Of a stretch of DNA of 64,000 nucleotides, positions 52,098-62,213 are shown one piece after another. The notes beneath the pieces are model-generated. The model did no database searches and was not told where the DNA came from. It saw only the letters and a program-made list of their open reading frames with translations. The stretch lies in assembly GCA_963794325.1 (NCBI GenBank), contig CAWCDG010000009.1:114076-178075 (forward strand), written 5' to 3'. The DNA comes from an uncultured delta proteobacterium (GTDB taxonomy: Bacteria; Desulfobacterota; Binatia; Binatales; Binataceae). A program made the translations under genes and the position numbers. How positions within the stretch are numbered: the stretch's first letter is position 1; each line of letters opens with the position of its first letter.

Positions 52098-53003
52098 ATG
52101 AATGCAATCTTGCTTGTCGATAAGCCCGCTGGAATCTCATCGGCGGAGGTGGTGCGCCGCGTCAAATTCCACGTTAAGCCGGCTCGCGTCGGGCATCTCG
52201 GCACACTCGACCCCTTCGCAACCGGACTGCTGCCGATCATGATTGGCGAGGCGACCAAGCTCGCGCCGTTTATCGACGGCGGCGACAAGGAGTACGCGGG
52301 CCTGATCCGGCTCGGCGTCGAGACCGACACACTCGACCGCGACGGCGCCGAAGTCCGCCGCGCCGACGTCCCGGCTATCTCGGCCGAGACGCTCGCGCAG
52401 GTCGCCGCGCAGTTCACCGGCGCGATCGAGCAGGTCCCCCCGGTGTATTCCGCAATCAAGCGCGCCGGCGTGCCGCTCTATCGCCTCGCGCGCCGTGGCG
52501 ACGACGTAGCACCGCCCGAAAAACGCAATGTCGAGATCAAGCGTCTCGATCTGGTCATCGAGGCGCCCGAAGCGATCAGATTCGTCGCGATATGCTCGCC
52601 TGGCACCTACGCGCGCTCGCTCGCGCGTGACATCGGCGTCGCACTCGGAACTGTCGCGTATCTCGAGGAACTCCGCCGCACCCGCAACGGCGCGTTCTCG
52701 ATTACCGACGCGATGCCGCTGGCCGGCGTTCTGACAGCTCTGGATTCCGGCGCGCCTCTCTGCCTGATCTCTCCTCGCGACGCACTCGTCGGCCTTCCCG
52801 AGCTGGTCGTCGATACGGTCGCTGAGAAGCGCCTGCGCAACGGCGACTCGCGCGCCCTCGATTCTCAAATTCCTCCGAACGGCCCGCTCTTCAAAGTGAT
52901 ATCGAACGGCGGCGAGCTGATCGCAGTAGCGCGAGCCACCTCGCGGGTGACGGCGATAGTAGAGCGAATCTTCAATTGTGGTTCCGATCAACCTAACCCC
53001 TAA
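52098..53003 (+). CDS. truB: tRNA pseudouridine(55) synthase
   Basis: LVDKPAGISS, GHLGTLDPFATGLL, QVPPVYSAIK, CSPGTYARSLA. Confidence 0.96.
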   Translation: MNAILLVDKPAGISSAEVVRRVKFHVKPARVGHLGTLDPFATGLLPIMIGEATKLAPFIDGGDKEYAGLIRLGVETDTLDRDGAEVRRADVPAISAETLAQVAAQFTGAIEQVPPVYSAIKRAGVPLYRLARRGDDVAPPEKRNVEIKRLDLVIEAPEAIRFVAICSPGTYARSLARDIGVALGTVAYLEELRRTRNGAFSITDAMPLAGVLTALDSGAPLCLISPRDALVGLPELVVDTVAEKRLRNGDSRALDSQIPPNGPLFKVISNGGELIAVARATSRVTAIVERIFNCGSDQPNP

Positions 53004-53181
53004 CCCCTTCCCTCGAGGGAAGGGGAACAATCGCGAGGAAGGGATCCTTTCTTCCCCCAGAACCTGGGAGCAAAATGGCGTCCTCGCCATTTTGCGATTA
53101 ATACTGGGTGCAGGGGTCACCCCTGCCCAAGGAAGCATGAAACCCACGGCTGGTTTCATTTAAATTACGTTCCCCTTCCCC
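52990..53181 (+). repeat. composite four-hairpin repeat (copy B), overlapping the truB stop
   Basis: Collinear with 34167-34364; the TAA at 53001-53003 lies inside the repeat. Confidence 0.88.
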
Positions 53182-53257
53182 TGCCTTTACTCCTCTGACC
53201 TGGTCTGTTAATTTGGTCGGCTAAAGATAAAGGAAAAAGGGAAAGTAAGAACTCCGA

Positions 53258-53527
53258 ATGCCTCTTCCATCAGCCCGTAAGCGGGAAGTCATAGAAGCCA
53301 ACGCTCGAACCACCAATGACAGTGGCTCGCCTGAAGTTCAGGTCGCGCTACTCTCGGCCCGGATCGACCAGTTGACCACGCATCTCGCGGCGCACAAGAA
53401 GGACCATCATACGCGCCGTGGCCTGTTGCGATTGGTCGGCAAGCGTCGTCGGCTGCTTGACTACCTGCATTCGCGCGATTTCTCGCGCTACAAAGGGCTG
53501 ATCGAAAAGCTCGGCATCCGGAGATAG
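53258..53527 (+). CDS. rpsO: 30S ribosomal protein S15
   Basis: [28 protein letters not shown]. Confidence 0.98.
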   Translation: MPLPSARKREVIEANARTTNDSGSPEVQVALLSARIDQLTTHLAAHKKDHHTRRGLLRLVGKRRRLLDYLHSRDFSRYKGLIEKLGIRR

Positions 53528-53683
53528 GCCGCACATATTCTGCCGCGCCGCCCTTAACACACCGGGCGCGCGGGCCTTGGCTGCCACACTGGCAGAAAAA
53601 CAAGGCGCGTCCCCTGTGACGCCTCGCGGGCACCAAGAACCGCAATCGTCGCGCGGCCTCAGATCCTCCCTCAGGTATTGTTA

Positions 53684-55777
53684 ATGTACGAAAAACTCGA
53701 AATTGATTTCGCGGGACGCAAACTCTCGCTCGAAACCGGCCGCCTGGCCAAGCAGGCGCATGGCAGCGTGCTCGCGACCTACGGCGACACCATAGTGCTG
53801 GCGACCGCGGTCTCGCAGTATGAAGCGCGGCCCAACATGGATTTTCTGCCGCTGACTGTGGATTACGTCGAGAAGACCTTCGCCGCCGGCAAAATTCCCG
53901 GCGGCTTTTTCAAGCGCGAAGGACGCGCATCCGAGAAGGAAGTCCTCACCTCGCGCTTGATCGACCGCGCAATGCGCCCGCTGTTTCCCAAGGGCTACGA
54001 TCGCGAAACCCAGATCATCACGACCGTCCTCTCCGCCGATCGCGACAACGATTCCGACATGCTTTCGCTGATCGCGGCGTCGGCCGCGCTGCTCGTCTCC
54101 GACATCCCGCACAAGGGGCCAGTGGCGTCGGTGCGGATGGGCCGCGTTGACGGCAAAATCGTCGTCAATCCGACTCACACCGAGCTCGAAGGCAGCGACG
54201 TATCGCTCGTCGTCGCGGCGAGTCCCGAGTCGATCATGATGCTCGAAGGCGGCGCGCAAATCGTCGACGAAGAGGTCATCCTCGAAGCTCTGTTCGCGGC
54301 GCATGAAGCGATGCAGCCGATATTCGCGATGCAGGAAGAGCTGCAACGCCGCGCGGGCAAGCCCAAGCGCGAGTTTGCCGTCAAGGAACGTGACGCGGCC
54401 CTGTTGAAGGCGGTCGAAAAGAGCATCGGCGATTCTATTGAAAAGGCGCTCGCCACCAAGGGTAAGAAAGAGCGCGCCGCCGCGCTGTATGCGGTAAGCG
54501 ACAAGGTCGTGACCGATCTCGCCGAGAAGTTTCCAGATCGCGCCAAGGAAATCATCGACGCCTGCGACTACCTCGTCCGCACCCGCGTGCGAATGGCGAT
54601 CCTCGACGACGACAAGCGTATCGACGATCGCAAGTCCACCGACATCCGCCAGATCAGCGCCGAGGTCCAGGTGCTTCCCCGCGTGCACGGCTCCGCAGTC
54701 TTCACCCGCGGCGAGACCCAGGCGCTCGCGACGGTCACGCTCGGCACGTCTTCCGATGAGCAAAAAATCGACGCGCTGCTCGGCGAGCGCTTCAAGAAAT
54801 TCCTGCTGCACTATAACTTCCCGCCATTCTCGACCGGCGAGGTGAAGTTCCTGCGCGCTCCGTCGCGGCGCGAAATCGGTCACGGCGCACTCGCCGAACG
54901 CGCGCTTTCTCCGATACTCCCCAACGATGCGGACTTCCCGTACACGATTCGCGTCGTGTCGGAGATACTCGAATCCAACGGTAGCTCCTCGATGGCGACA
55001 GTGTGCGGCGGCAGCCTCGCGCTGATGGATGCCGGCGTGCCGACCAAATCGCCGGTCGCGGGAATCGCGATGGGTCTGGTGAAAGAGGGCGACAAGGTTC
55101 GCGTGCTCACCGACATCCTCGGCGACGAGGATCATCTCGGCGACATGGACTTCAAGGTCGCGGGCACCAAGGCCGGCGTCACCGCGATCCAGATGGACAA
55201 CAAGGCCGGCGGCGTGTCCAAGGACATCATGCGCCAGGCGTTGCATCAGGCGCGCGACGCGCGTCTGCACATTCTCGGTGTGATGGAAAAAGCGCTGCCC
55301 ACGGCGCGCAAGGACGTCTCCAGCTACGCGCCGCGAATCGTCACGCTGCACATCAAGCCCGACAAGATTCGCGAAGTGATCGGCCCGGGCGGCAAGGTGA
55401 TCCGCGGCCTGGTCGAGCAGACCGGCTGCAAAATAGACATCGAGGACGACGGCACCGTGTTGATTGCGTCGGCGGACGGAACCGCGATGGAAAAAGCGAT
55501 CAGCATGATCCAGGCAATCACCGCCGAGCCCGAAGTCGGCAAAATCTATGACGGCGTGGTCCGCAAGATCGTCGAGTTCGGCGCGTTCGTCGAGATAATG
55601 CCCGGCACTGACGGCCTGTTGCACATCTCGCAAATCTCGAACGAGCGCATTCGCCGCGTCGAAGACGTGTTGCACGAAGGCGACGAGATCAAAGTGAAAG
55701 TGCTCGACGTCGATCGCAGCGGCAAAATCCGACTTTCGATGCGCGAGGCGGAACAGGAACCCAACAAGGGAAATTAG
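53684..55777 (+). CDS. pnp: polyribonucleotide nucleotidyltransferase
   Basis: IPGGFFKREGR, RREIGHGALAE, ESNGSSSMA, DHLGDMDFKVAGT, KH and S1 domains. Confidence 0.98.
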   Translation: MYEKLEIDFAGRKLSLETGRLAKQAHGSVLATYGDTIVLATAVSQYEARPNMDFLPLTVDYVEKTFAAGKIPGGFFKREGRASEKEVLTSRLIDRAMRPLFPKGYDRETQIITTVLSADRDNDSDMLSLIAASAALLVSDIPHKGPVASVRMGRVDGKIVVNPTHTELEGSDVSLVVAASPESIMMLEGGAQIVDEEVILEALFAAHEAMQPIFAMQEELQRRAGKPKREFAVKERDAALLKAVEKSIGDSIEKALATKGKKERAAALYAVSDKVVTDLAEKFPDRAKEIIDACDYLVRTRVRMAILDDDKRIDDRKSTDIRQISAEVQVLPRVHGSAVFTRGETQALATVTLGTSSDEQKIDALLGERFKKFLLHYNFPPFSTGEVKFLRAPSRREIGHGALAERALSPILPNDADFPYTIRVVSEILESNGSSSMATVCGGSLALMDAGVPTKSPVAGIAMGLVKEGDKVRVLTDILGDEDHLGDMDFKVAGTKAGVTAIQMDNKAGGVSKDIMRQALHQARDARLHILGVMEKALPTARKDVSSYAPRIVTLHIKPDKIREVIGPGGKVIRGLVEQTGCKIDIEDDGTVLIASADGTAMEKAISMIQAITAEPEVGKIYDGVVRKIVEFGAFVEIMPGTDGLLHISQISNERIRRVEDVLHEGDEIKVKVLDVDRSGKIRLSMREAEQEPNKGN

Positions 55778-55784
55778 TCACCGA

Positions 55785-57048
55785 ATGATTCAAAAGAGTG
55801 TTATTGGAAACGGCGTGCGCATTCTTACCGAGGCGATGCCACAAGTCGTCTCCTCGTCGATTGGCATCTGGGTCGAAAACGGATCGCGCTACGAGGAGCC
55901 GGCCGAAAACGGCACCTCGCATTTCATCGAGCATCTGCTTTTCAAGGGCACCAAGAAGCGCACCGCCGCGCAAATCGCCGAGGCCTTCGACGCGGTCGGC
56001 GGCGTACTCAACGCCTTCACCGGCAAGGAGTACACCTGCTACTACGCCAAGGTGCTCGGCAAGGACCTCGAGATGGCGACCGAGGTGCTCGCCGACATTT
56101 TTCTCGATTCGGTGTTCGATCCCGCTGAGATAGAGCGCGAGCGCCAGGTCGTCCTGCAGGAAATCTCGCAGGCCGAGGACACCCCCGACGACTTCATCCA
56201 CGACCTCTTCAACGAAGAGTTCTGGAAAGGTCATCCGCTCGCGCTGCCGATTTTCGGCTCGATCGCGACCGTAAATAAAATTGACCGCGAACTGCTGACC
56301 TCGTTCATGGCGGCGCGCTACCGCTCCAGCCGCGTCTTTATCGCCGCGGCCGGCCAGGTCGAGCACGAACGCCTCACCGCGAAATGCGCCGGACTGTTCG
56401 GCGGCGTCGCGGGTGATGGCAAGGTCGAAAAATTCTCGCCGCCGGTTGACCATCCTCTCGTGTTGACCCGCGAAAAGAAACTCGAGCAGGCGCACATCTG
56501 CATCGGCGGCCCCGGCATCAGCCAGTCCCATCGATTGCGCTACGCCGCCTACGTCCTCAACACCGCGCTCGGCGGCGGGATGTCATCGCGGCTGTTCCAG
56601 GAAGTCCGCGAAAAGCGCGGCCGCGTTTACAGCATCTACTCGTTCATCTCGTCGTTCATCGACTCCGGCTACTTCGGCGTTTACGCCGGCACCAACCCCG
56701 AATGGGTGGACGAAGTCCTCGAAGTAACGATCGCCGAATTGCGCAAAGGTAGAGCTCAACGGCCTCGAACCCAATGAGCTGGCCCGCGCCAAGAGCCAAC
56801 TGCAAGGCAACATGCTGCTCGGAATGGAATCGACCGACAGCCGCATGAACCGCCTCGCGCGCAACGAAATCTATTTCCGCCGCGACGTCCCACTGGATGA
56901 ACTCTCAACCGGAATCGAAGCAGTCACCAACGACAACATAGTCGAGCTGGCATCGAGTTGGTTCCAACCCGACAAACTGGCAATGGTAATGCTAGGCGAC
57001 CTGAAAGGCCGAAAAATCACCCGCGAAGTCTTCGCCCCCCTCGCGTAG
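55785..57048 (+). CDS. M16 family peptidase (pitrilysin-like), apparent +1 frameshift near 56746
   Basis: HFIEH zinc motif, GGGMSSRLFQEVRE; removing one A from cgcaaagg restores LRKVELNGLEPNELARAKSQLQGNMLLG in frame with 56812..57048. Confidence 0.88.
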
Positions 57049-57085
57049 CTCTTTTCGCGCCGAAGCGTTCGCCGCTCCGCCTCTT

Positions 57086-57160
57086 ACCTCTCCCGTTACT
57101 CCACGGGAGAGGAGGCTGCCCGCAACGCGACCAGTAACTCAGGGTTCTCCGATTCAAGCA
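57086..57160. repeat. REP-like element (cccgttac subfamily)
   Basis: acctctcccgttactccacgggagagg...agggttctccgattcaagca; matches 32171-32221. Confidence 0.7.
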
Positions 57161-57186
57161 AGACCGCGGCAATTCGCGCCCTTCTA

Positions 57187-57231
57187 AATCCGGTTCCTCT
57201 TCCCGCGCGGGAAGGGGTCAGGGGTTAGGTT
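57187..57231 (-). repeat. REP-like element
   Basis: Reverse: aacctaacccctgaccccttcccgcgcgggaagaggaaccggatt. Confidence 0.88.
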
Positions 57232-57242
57232 CCTCGTATCAT

Positions 57243-58652
57243 TCACGCACCCCCCGCCCGCCAACAACCATGAAACCCAACCGGCACGCGGTGATCCAAA
57301 TGCGCCCGCGCAATAGGCCCACTCTCAATCAGCTCCGCATCAAAAATAGCGAGATGACTCGCATTTCGATCCTCATCGAAAATATTCGTCAGCAAATACC
57401 CTTCGCCTTCTCTTGAGCCTTCCCGCTTCGGCACGAACACCGGCTCGGCGACCGCACAGCGCGGACCCGCCGAATAGATCTTCATCTCTCGCGAGACGTG
57501 ATCGAAGTGTCCGACGCCTCGATGAAAAATGTCGTCGCTGCCCGGACCGCCGACGCATGCGACATAGCCATGCCGATAACTCAATCCCACGCGTCGCTCA
57601 TCGATACGCGGATACTCACATCGCTCATCACTCAATCCTTCGACGGTGAAGGTCCCCGGCTTCGCCCAATCAAACTCCCAACGCGTCAGGTACTGCGAGG
57701 CGCGCCGATGGTCGGTCGGCGTCCCGTCCGCAAGCGGAAAAATCGGAACCTCCTGTCGGCAGACATCCGCGACGACACTGTCGCCGTCGTTGAACGCATT
57801 CATAAGATGCCACACCACGCACGCCTCGCCCTCGAACCACCGCACGTCTTCGACGCTTCCGCTCCTCGGCATGATTCCAACATGCGTGCCCTTTTCAGGT
57901 TCCCATGCGATCGCCGGAGCGCCAGCAATCGCCCGCTTGATCGATACCGTCACCGGACACATCGCAACGACCACAAAGTCTTTCGTGATCGCAAAATCAT
58001 GTACCAGCGCCGGAAACGGCCCCTGGATCATCCGCGATCGAACCAGCTCCCCCGATGCGTTCGCGGCGTAAAGCTCGAGTTCGCCGCTGATGCGTCCGGT
58101 CGGAAAATTCGCAAAGAAAATCATCTCACCCGACTCCGGATCGATCTTCGGATGCGCCGTCATATTCCGCGGCAGCTTGTCGTTAAAGGCCCATCGGCCG
58201 ATCGTTTCAAGCGACACCGGATCCAGTTCAATTGGCCCATGCCCTTCTTCCAGCGCCAATAATTTGTTCGCATGCCAGACAATGTTCGTATTCGCGACAC
58301 CGTCCGTCCGCATGCCGGCGACGCTCGAATCCGATTCCGAAGGAATCCCCGAAGTGCCGAACAGCGCTCGACCGGCGGCGCGTTCCAGATTCCACTGCTG
58401 CGTCCGCACCCAGCGATTGCGATAGGACACGTTGCCCTTGTGCACGCGAAACGCATGCACCATTCCGTCCCCATTGAGCGGATTGTAATTTCCGCGCGGC
58501 GCGAACTGCGGACTCGGTCCGATGCGATAAAAGGTCCCGTTGAGGTCCGCCGGAACTTCCCCCTCGATCGTCAAATGCGCGCAGTCGCATTCCATCCGAA
58601 TCGGCTCAAACCCTTTCGACAGATAGGGATCGCTGGAAATCGCACTCGCCAT
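57243..58652 (-). CDS. carotenoid oxygenase / lignostilbene dioxygenase family protein
   Basis: GDGMVH, ANTNIV, TAHPKIDP, VHDF, EYPRID, EPVFVP, GFHG. Confidence 0.92.
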   Translation of the reverse strand: MASAISSDPYLSKGFEPIRMECDCAHLTIEGEVPADLNGTFYRIGPSPQFAPRGNYNPLNGDGMVHAFRVHKGNVSYRNRWVRTQQWNLERAAGRALFGTSGIPSESDSSVAGMRTDGVANTNIVWHANKLLALEEGHGPIELDPVSLETIGRWAFNDKLPRNMTAHPKIDPESGEMIFFANFPTGRISGELELYAANASGELVRSRMIQGPFPALVHDFAITKDFVVVAMCPVTVSIKRAIAGAPAIAWEPEKGTHVGIMPRSGSVEDVRWFEGEACVVWHLMNAFNDGDSVVADVCRQEVPIFPLADGTPTDHRRASQYLTRWEFDWAKPGTFTVEGLSDERCEYPRIDERRVGLSYRHGYVACVGGPGSDDIFHRGVGHFDHVSREMKIYSAGPRCAVAEPVFVPKREGSREGEGYLLTNIFDEDRNASHLAIFDAELIESGPIARAHLDHRVPVGFHGCWRAGGA

Positions 58653-58739
58653 TTTTTTCCGCCCTCCAACCTTGTTCGCTACCAGCCAGCGCGCGCTTCT
58701 CGCAACGCAGAACCCCACTTGATTTTCGATTTTGATTGT

Positions 58740-59165
58740 TCCGCAGCCGCTCGGCTCAAAAAAAATTCGAAGATTCTAATATACGCCCGCGGCGACTCGG
58801 ATGCGGGCCTGCGCCGGCTCAAGCTCGCGGGAGCAGACCAGGTCGTCGCAGCTTACCAATGGGCTGGACTGAGAATAGCGGCGAGCATCCTGCGTCCTTC
58901 GGTCGTCGATTTTCTGCAACTCGCGGTGCCGGGCCGCGAGTCCGAAGTCGATCTGGAAGAGATAAGAATCTCACGCGAGAGCCTGGCGGCCGGAAAGACA
59001 ATCGCGGCGGTCGAACAGGAAAATCCGAGGGTTCGGATCGTGGCGATGAAGCGCAACGACCAACGGCTCGAGATGATTCCAGGTCCGGAAACCAGGATTG
59101 AGCCCAACGATTTGCTGGTTGTGATCGGCGAATCCGACAGCCTCAAACGCCTTGCTTCAGTTTAA
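58740..59165 (+). pseudogene. C-terminal fragment of a TrkA/RCK-domain potassium channel protein
   Basis: IYARG...LKLAGADQVV...ILRPSVVDFL...LEEIRI...PGPETRIEPNDLLVVIG; no channel domain or clear start upstream. Confidence 0.65.
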
Positions 59166-59232
59166 GGATCTTCTGCATCAAGTAGCTTGGTTTCCATAAG
59201 TTCAAGTTCATGCGCAAACGGTTGGGCGGAAA

Positions 59233-60531
59233 TTGAAGATATCGTTGCTGACCATCGGGGCCATGGGCGACACCCAACCCTTCGTCTCGCTTGCTGTGCG
59301 GTTAAAACTACGGGGGCACAACGTCAGGCTGGCAGCACGGCCAGACTTCGCGACCCTCGCCGCGTCATACGACATTGAGTTCGTTCCTCTGGGGAATCCA
59401 TACAAGTCGCTGCTAAGGAATGAAGAAGTAGCGACGGCTATCGGCTCAGGAAACATGCTCAAGATGTTGATAAAGCAGGCCTCGGACTCACAACAAAGAA
59501 AGGCTTTCTTTGATCAGCTTGATACAGACGCGATGCGCGCAGTCGAGGGTGCCGAGGCTGTCATCTACAAGAGCAGCTGGATTCCCTTCTACAGCATCGC
59601 GGAAAAACTCGGCATCCCCTCCGCGGCCGCGATGTTCATGCCGCTTACGAGGACGCGTTCCTTTCCCAGCTTTCTAATCGGCGGTGGCAAGGATCGCGGC
59701 AGGACGATCAATTCGTTGATTTGGCGGATGACGGAGCAATTCATTTGGCAGGTGGCGCGGAAGTTTGACAACAAGCTGCGCTCTGAACTCCTGGACCTTC
59801 CGCGACTGCCATTCTGGGGGCCCTCTGCCCGGCAATTGGAACGGATTCCACTCTTTTACGCGTACAGTCCGACCGTGATTCCTCGTCCCGCGGATTGGCC
59901 CGACCGTATTCACGTAACCGGTTTTTGGTTCTCAGATCCACCGCCAGGCTGGACGCCCCCGGCTGATTTGGTCGCCTTTTTGGAGAATGGGCCTCCTCCC
60001 GTCTACGTGGGCTTTGGCAGCATGCCAAGCGGCAGCGCTGAGGATACCCTCAAATTGATCCTGAAGGCGTTGGACTTGTCACACCAGCGTGGCATCTTGC
60101 TTTCTGGCTGGGCGGGCATCGGCGAGGAACGGACACTGCCGGAATATGCTTTCGGTATTCAGAGCGTTCCCCATGGTTGGCTGTTCCCGCGGATGGCTGC
60201 GGTCGTCCATCATGGGGGCGCGGGCACAACCGGTGCGGGGCTTCGCGCGGGAGTCCCTTCGATAGTGACGCCATTCGTTGCCGACCAGCCAAACTGGGCG
60301 AAGAGGATTGAGGCACTCGGTGTCGGACCTCGAGCAATTCCATTCAGAGGACTAACTGCTGAACTCCTTGCAGATGCGATTCGTCAGGCCGTATCAAGCA
60401 CTGCCATGCGGCGACGCGCTTCCGATCTCGGCAAGCGTATTCGTTCTGAGGATGGAATTGGAACGGCAATAGACCTGTTCGAGAGCTTCGTGCAGTGTGG
60501 TGCCAAAGGCGACAGTTCAAATGCCGTCTGA
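59233..60531 (+). CDS. GT1/GT28-N glycosyltransferase (sterol glucosyltransferase-like)
   Basis: GAMGDTQPF, PVYVGFGSM, PHGWLFP, VHHGGAGTT, DQPNW. Confidence 0.9.
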   Translation: MKISLLTIGAMGDTQPFVSLAVRLKLRGHNVRLAARPDFATLAASYDIEFVPLGNPYKSLLRNEEVATAIGSGNMLKMLIKQASDSQQRKAFFDQLDTDAMRAVEGAEAVIYKSSWIPFYSIAEKLGIPSAAAMFMPLTRTRSFPSFLIGGGKDRGRTINSLIWRMTEQFIWQVARKFDNKLRSELLDLPRLPFWGPSARQLERIPLFYAYSPTVIPRPADWPDRIHVTGFWFSDPPPGWTPPADLVAFLENGPPPVYVGFGSMPSGSAEDTLKLILKALDLSHQRGILLSGWAGIGEERTLPEYAFGIQSVPHGWLFPRMAAVVHHGGAGTTGAGLRAGVPSIVTPFVADQPNWAKRIEALGVGPRAIPFRGLTAELLADAIRQAVSSTAMRRRASDLGKRIRSEDGIGTAIDLFESFVQCGAKGDSSNAV

Positions 60532-60623
60532 ATTAACATTCCCGTAACTCGCCAGGATTTCCTCAAAGTCGTACGGATGCCTTTGTTACCGGAGGGAAGC
60601 AGGCGGACCGGCACGTCAATTGC
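60528..60623 (+). promoter_or_regulatory. sigma54 promoter with conserved upstream module (copy 1)
   Basis: cGGcacgtcaattGC (GG-N10-GC at 60610-60623) preceded by a ~60-nt block also found at 62098. Confidence 0.7.
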
Positions 60624-60674
60624 GTCTCTTTTGTTTGCGTCGTGAAAAATGAAATCGCAACCTAGGTGGGGATC

Positions 60675-61202
60675 ATGACCGACGAAAAAGACCGATTAGG
60701 TGACAAACTCCACCAAGCGGAGCGAGCTCGCGAGGATCAGTGGGCCCATCAGCGCGATGCTGAGATAATCGAGCGGCTCCGGCAGAAGTACGTCAAACCT
60801 ATTCATTGTCCGCAATGCGGCAAGAATCTCGATGCACGGGTGGCGATCGGGATAGGCGGTATGGCTTGCCCCGACTACCACGGTGCATGGGGCGACGAGG
60901 TAGCGCTGATGCAAATCGCTGCACGCCTCAAGAATGCGGCGGCGATTCAGGATAAATCCCTCGGCGAAAAGGTATTTATCCAAGTTAGCGAACTCGTCGA
61001 AGATCTACGTCACAAGCATCCGAAGGAAATCGACTGTCCGGACTGTGGCACCAGACTTGACGCCAAAGCTGCAATCTCTCCCGGCGGGGAAGGATTGGCG
61101 GGGATGGCCTGCCCAAAACGCCAGGGCGCGTGGATCGATCAGAACATGCTTGCCGAGATCCGTAGACGATTGGATATCGCTGCGGGCGTCAGGGGCGAGT
61201 AA
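60675..61202 (+). CDS. protein with tandem zinc-ribbon (zf-TFIIB-like) repeats
   Basis: AERAREDQW N-terminal helix; two CPxCG...CPxxxGAW modules. Confidence 0.7.
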   Translation: MTDEKDRLGDKLHQAERAREDQWAHQRDAEIIERLRQKYVKPIHCPQCGKNLDARVAIGIGGMACPDYHGAWGDEVALMQIAARLKNAAAIQDKSLGEKVFIQVSELVEDLRHKHPKEIDCPDCGTRLDAKAAISPGGEGLAGMACPKRQGAWIDQNMLAEIRRRLDIAAGVRGE

Positions 61203-61447
61203 CGTGCTGCGGGGAATCATTCGCAAGCAACCTTAGAAGCCAGGTGAAAAAAGGCCTGGAGCATTTACATGGAATCCAGGCGGTGCCGATGATTCAACTC
61301 TTAAGAAGTTCCTCGTTATCGGCCATGCCAGATGCCGAGAGCCACTGATTAATTGAACTCCACTGCAGGATGGCGAAAGTGTGATGACAAGAGCCAGGAT
61401 CATCATCCAGTGGCTCCGAAGGAAACATAGATGATGGGAAGAAGGAT

Positions 61448-61987
61448 TTATGGTACTTCCTCCGGCGTGGTCATCGCGTCGTCGATTTCGAACCATGAGA
61501 CGGGCTCTGTGGTTTCAAGTTTATTGATAACTCGTGTCGCCCGCCTCGACTGAATATCGCATAGCAGTGTGAGCCAGGCTTCATCTTCGCTTCCGAGGTT
61601 ATTGTGCCACTTCTCATCGTCGAGCGCCTTTGCTTGCTTCAGCCGCTCCACTAACTGGGCTCTCATCTCAGGCGAAAGATGCTTTGGCGGAACGAATAGC
61701 GCGGCGGAGATTTCCGATTGGGGGACATTCGAATGTTCTTTCAAATCCGTAATGGCCGTGTTGGCCTTCTCTGCTTGCGCCAGATAGTCGCCTTCTGCGA
61801 CGGGACCTAGCGAGACATCCGTCGCGGCATCGAGATCCGCTTGCCGCGCCTTTTCCAGCTGCGCAATCACTTGCGCTCGCTCTCGCGGTGTCGAGGCGAT
61901 ATCGTTACTTGCGCACGATGACAGGCCGAGTAACGAAAACGCGGCCACTATCAATGAGGGGATAAAACTGAAACCACTCGCTCTCAC
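61448..61987 (-). CDS. lipoprotein, hypothetical
   Basis: LSSC lipobox; internal two-fold helical repeat. Confidence 0.65.
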   Translation of the reverse strand: MRASGFSFIPSLIVAAFSLLGLSSCASNDIASTPRERAQVIAQLEKARQADLDAATDVSLGPVAEGDYLAQAEKANTAITDLKEHSNVPQSEISAALFVPPKHLSPEMRAQLVERLKQAKALDDEKWHNNLGSEDEAWLTLLCDIQSRRATRVINKLETTEPVSWFEIDDAMTTPEEVP

Positions 61988-62097
61988 GCTATGAACCTAA
62001 CCACTGTTAGGTTGTTCGCTAATGTCAAAAAAGCGCAGGCCGACCAGGAGCGACTATGATCGCGAGAATGCGGTTCCTCGGACCGGCGCGATGAGAC

Positions 62098-62196
62098 CTG
62101 AATTAACAATTCCGTAACTTTGCCAAGATTTCTTTAGAATCGCGCAGATGCTCTTTTGTTATGAACGGATTGCAGTCGAATCGGCATGACGATTGC
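62098..62196 (+). promoter_or_regulatory. sigma54 promoter with conserved upstream module (copy 2)
   Basis: cGGcatgacgattGC (GG-N10-GC at 62183-62196), same 21-nt spacing from the upstream block as copy 1. Confidence 0.7.
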
Positions 62197-62213
62197 TCCA
62201 CTTCCTTGACGTC

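Noticed and set aside
53185-53257. rpsO autoregulatory leader
   Set aside because: No structure I can recognise with confidence; the region is mostly purine-rich spacer after the repeat
53681-55675. Long antisense ORFs (also 8668..10179, 22618..24945, 44421..46733, 40162..41562)
   Set aside because: Shadow frames of high-GC coding genes with no recognisable motifs
56740-56780. Possible programmed frameshift in the M16 peptidase
   Set aside because: A single extra A in a short A-run restores the frame, with no slippery heptamer or stimulatory structure; most likely a sequencing error
62193-62213. TTG 62193 as the pyruvate kinase start
   Set aside because: It overlaps the -12 element of the predicted sigma54 promoter; GTG 62214 is more plausible
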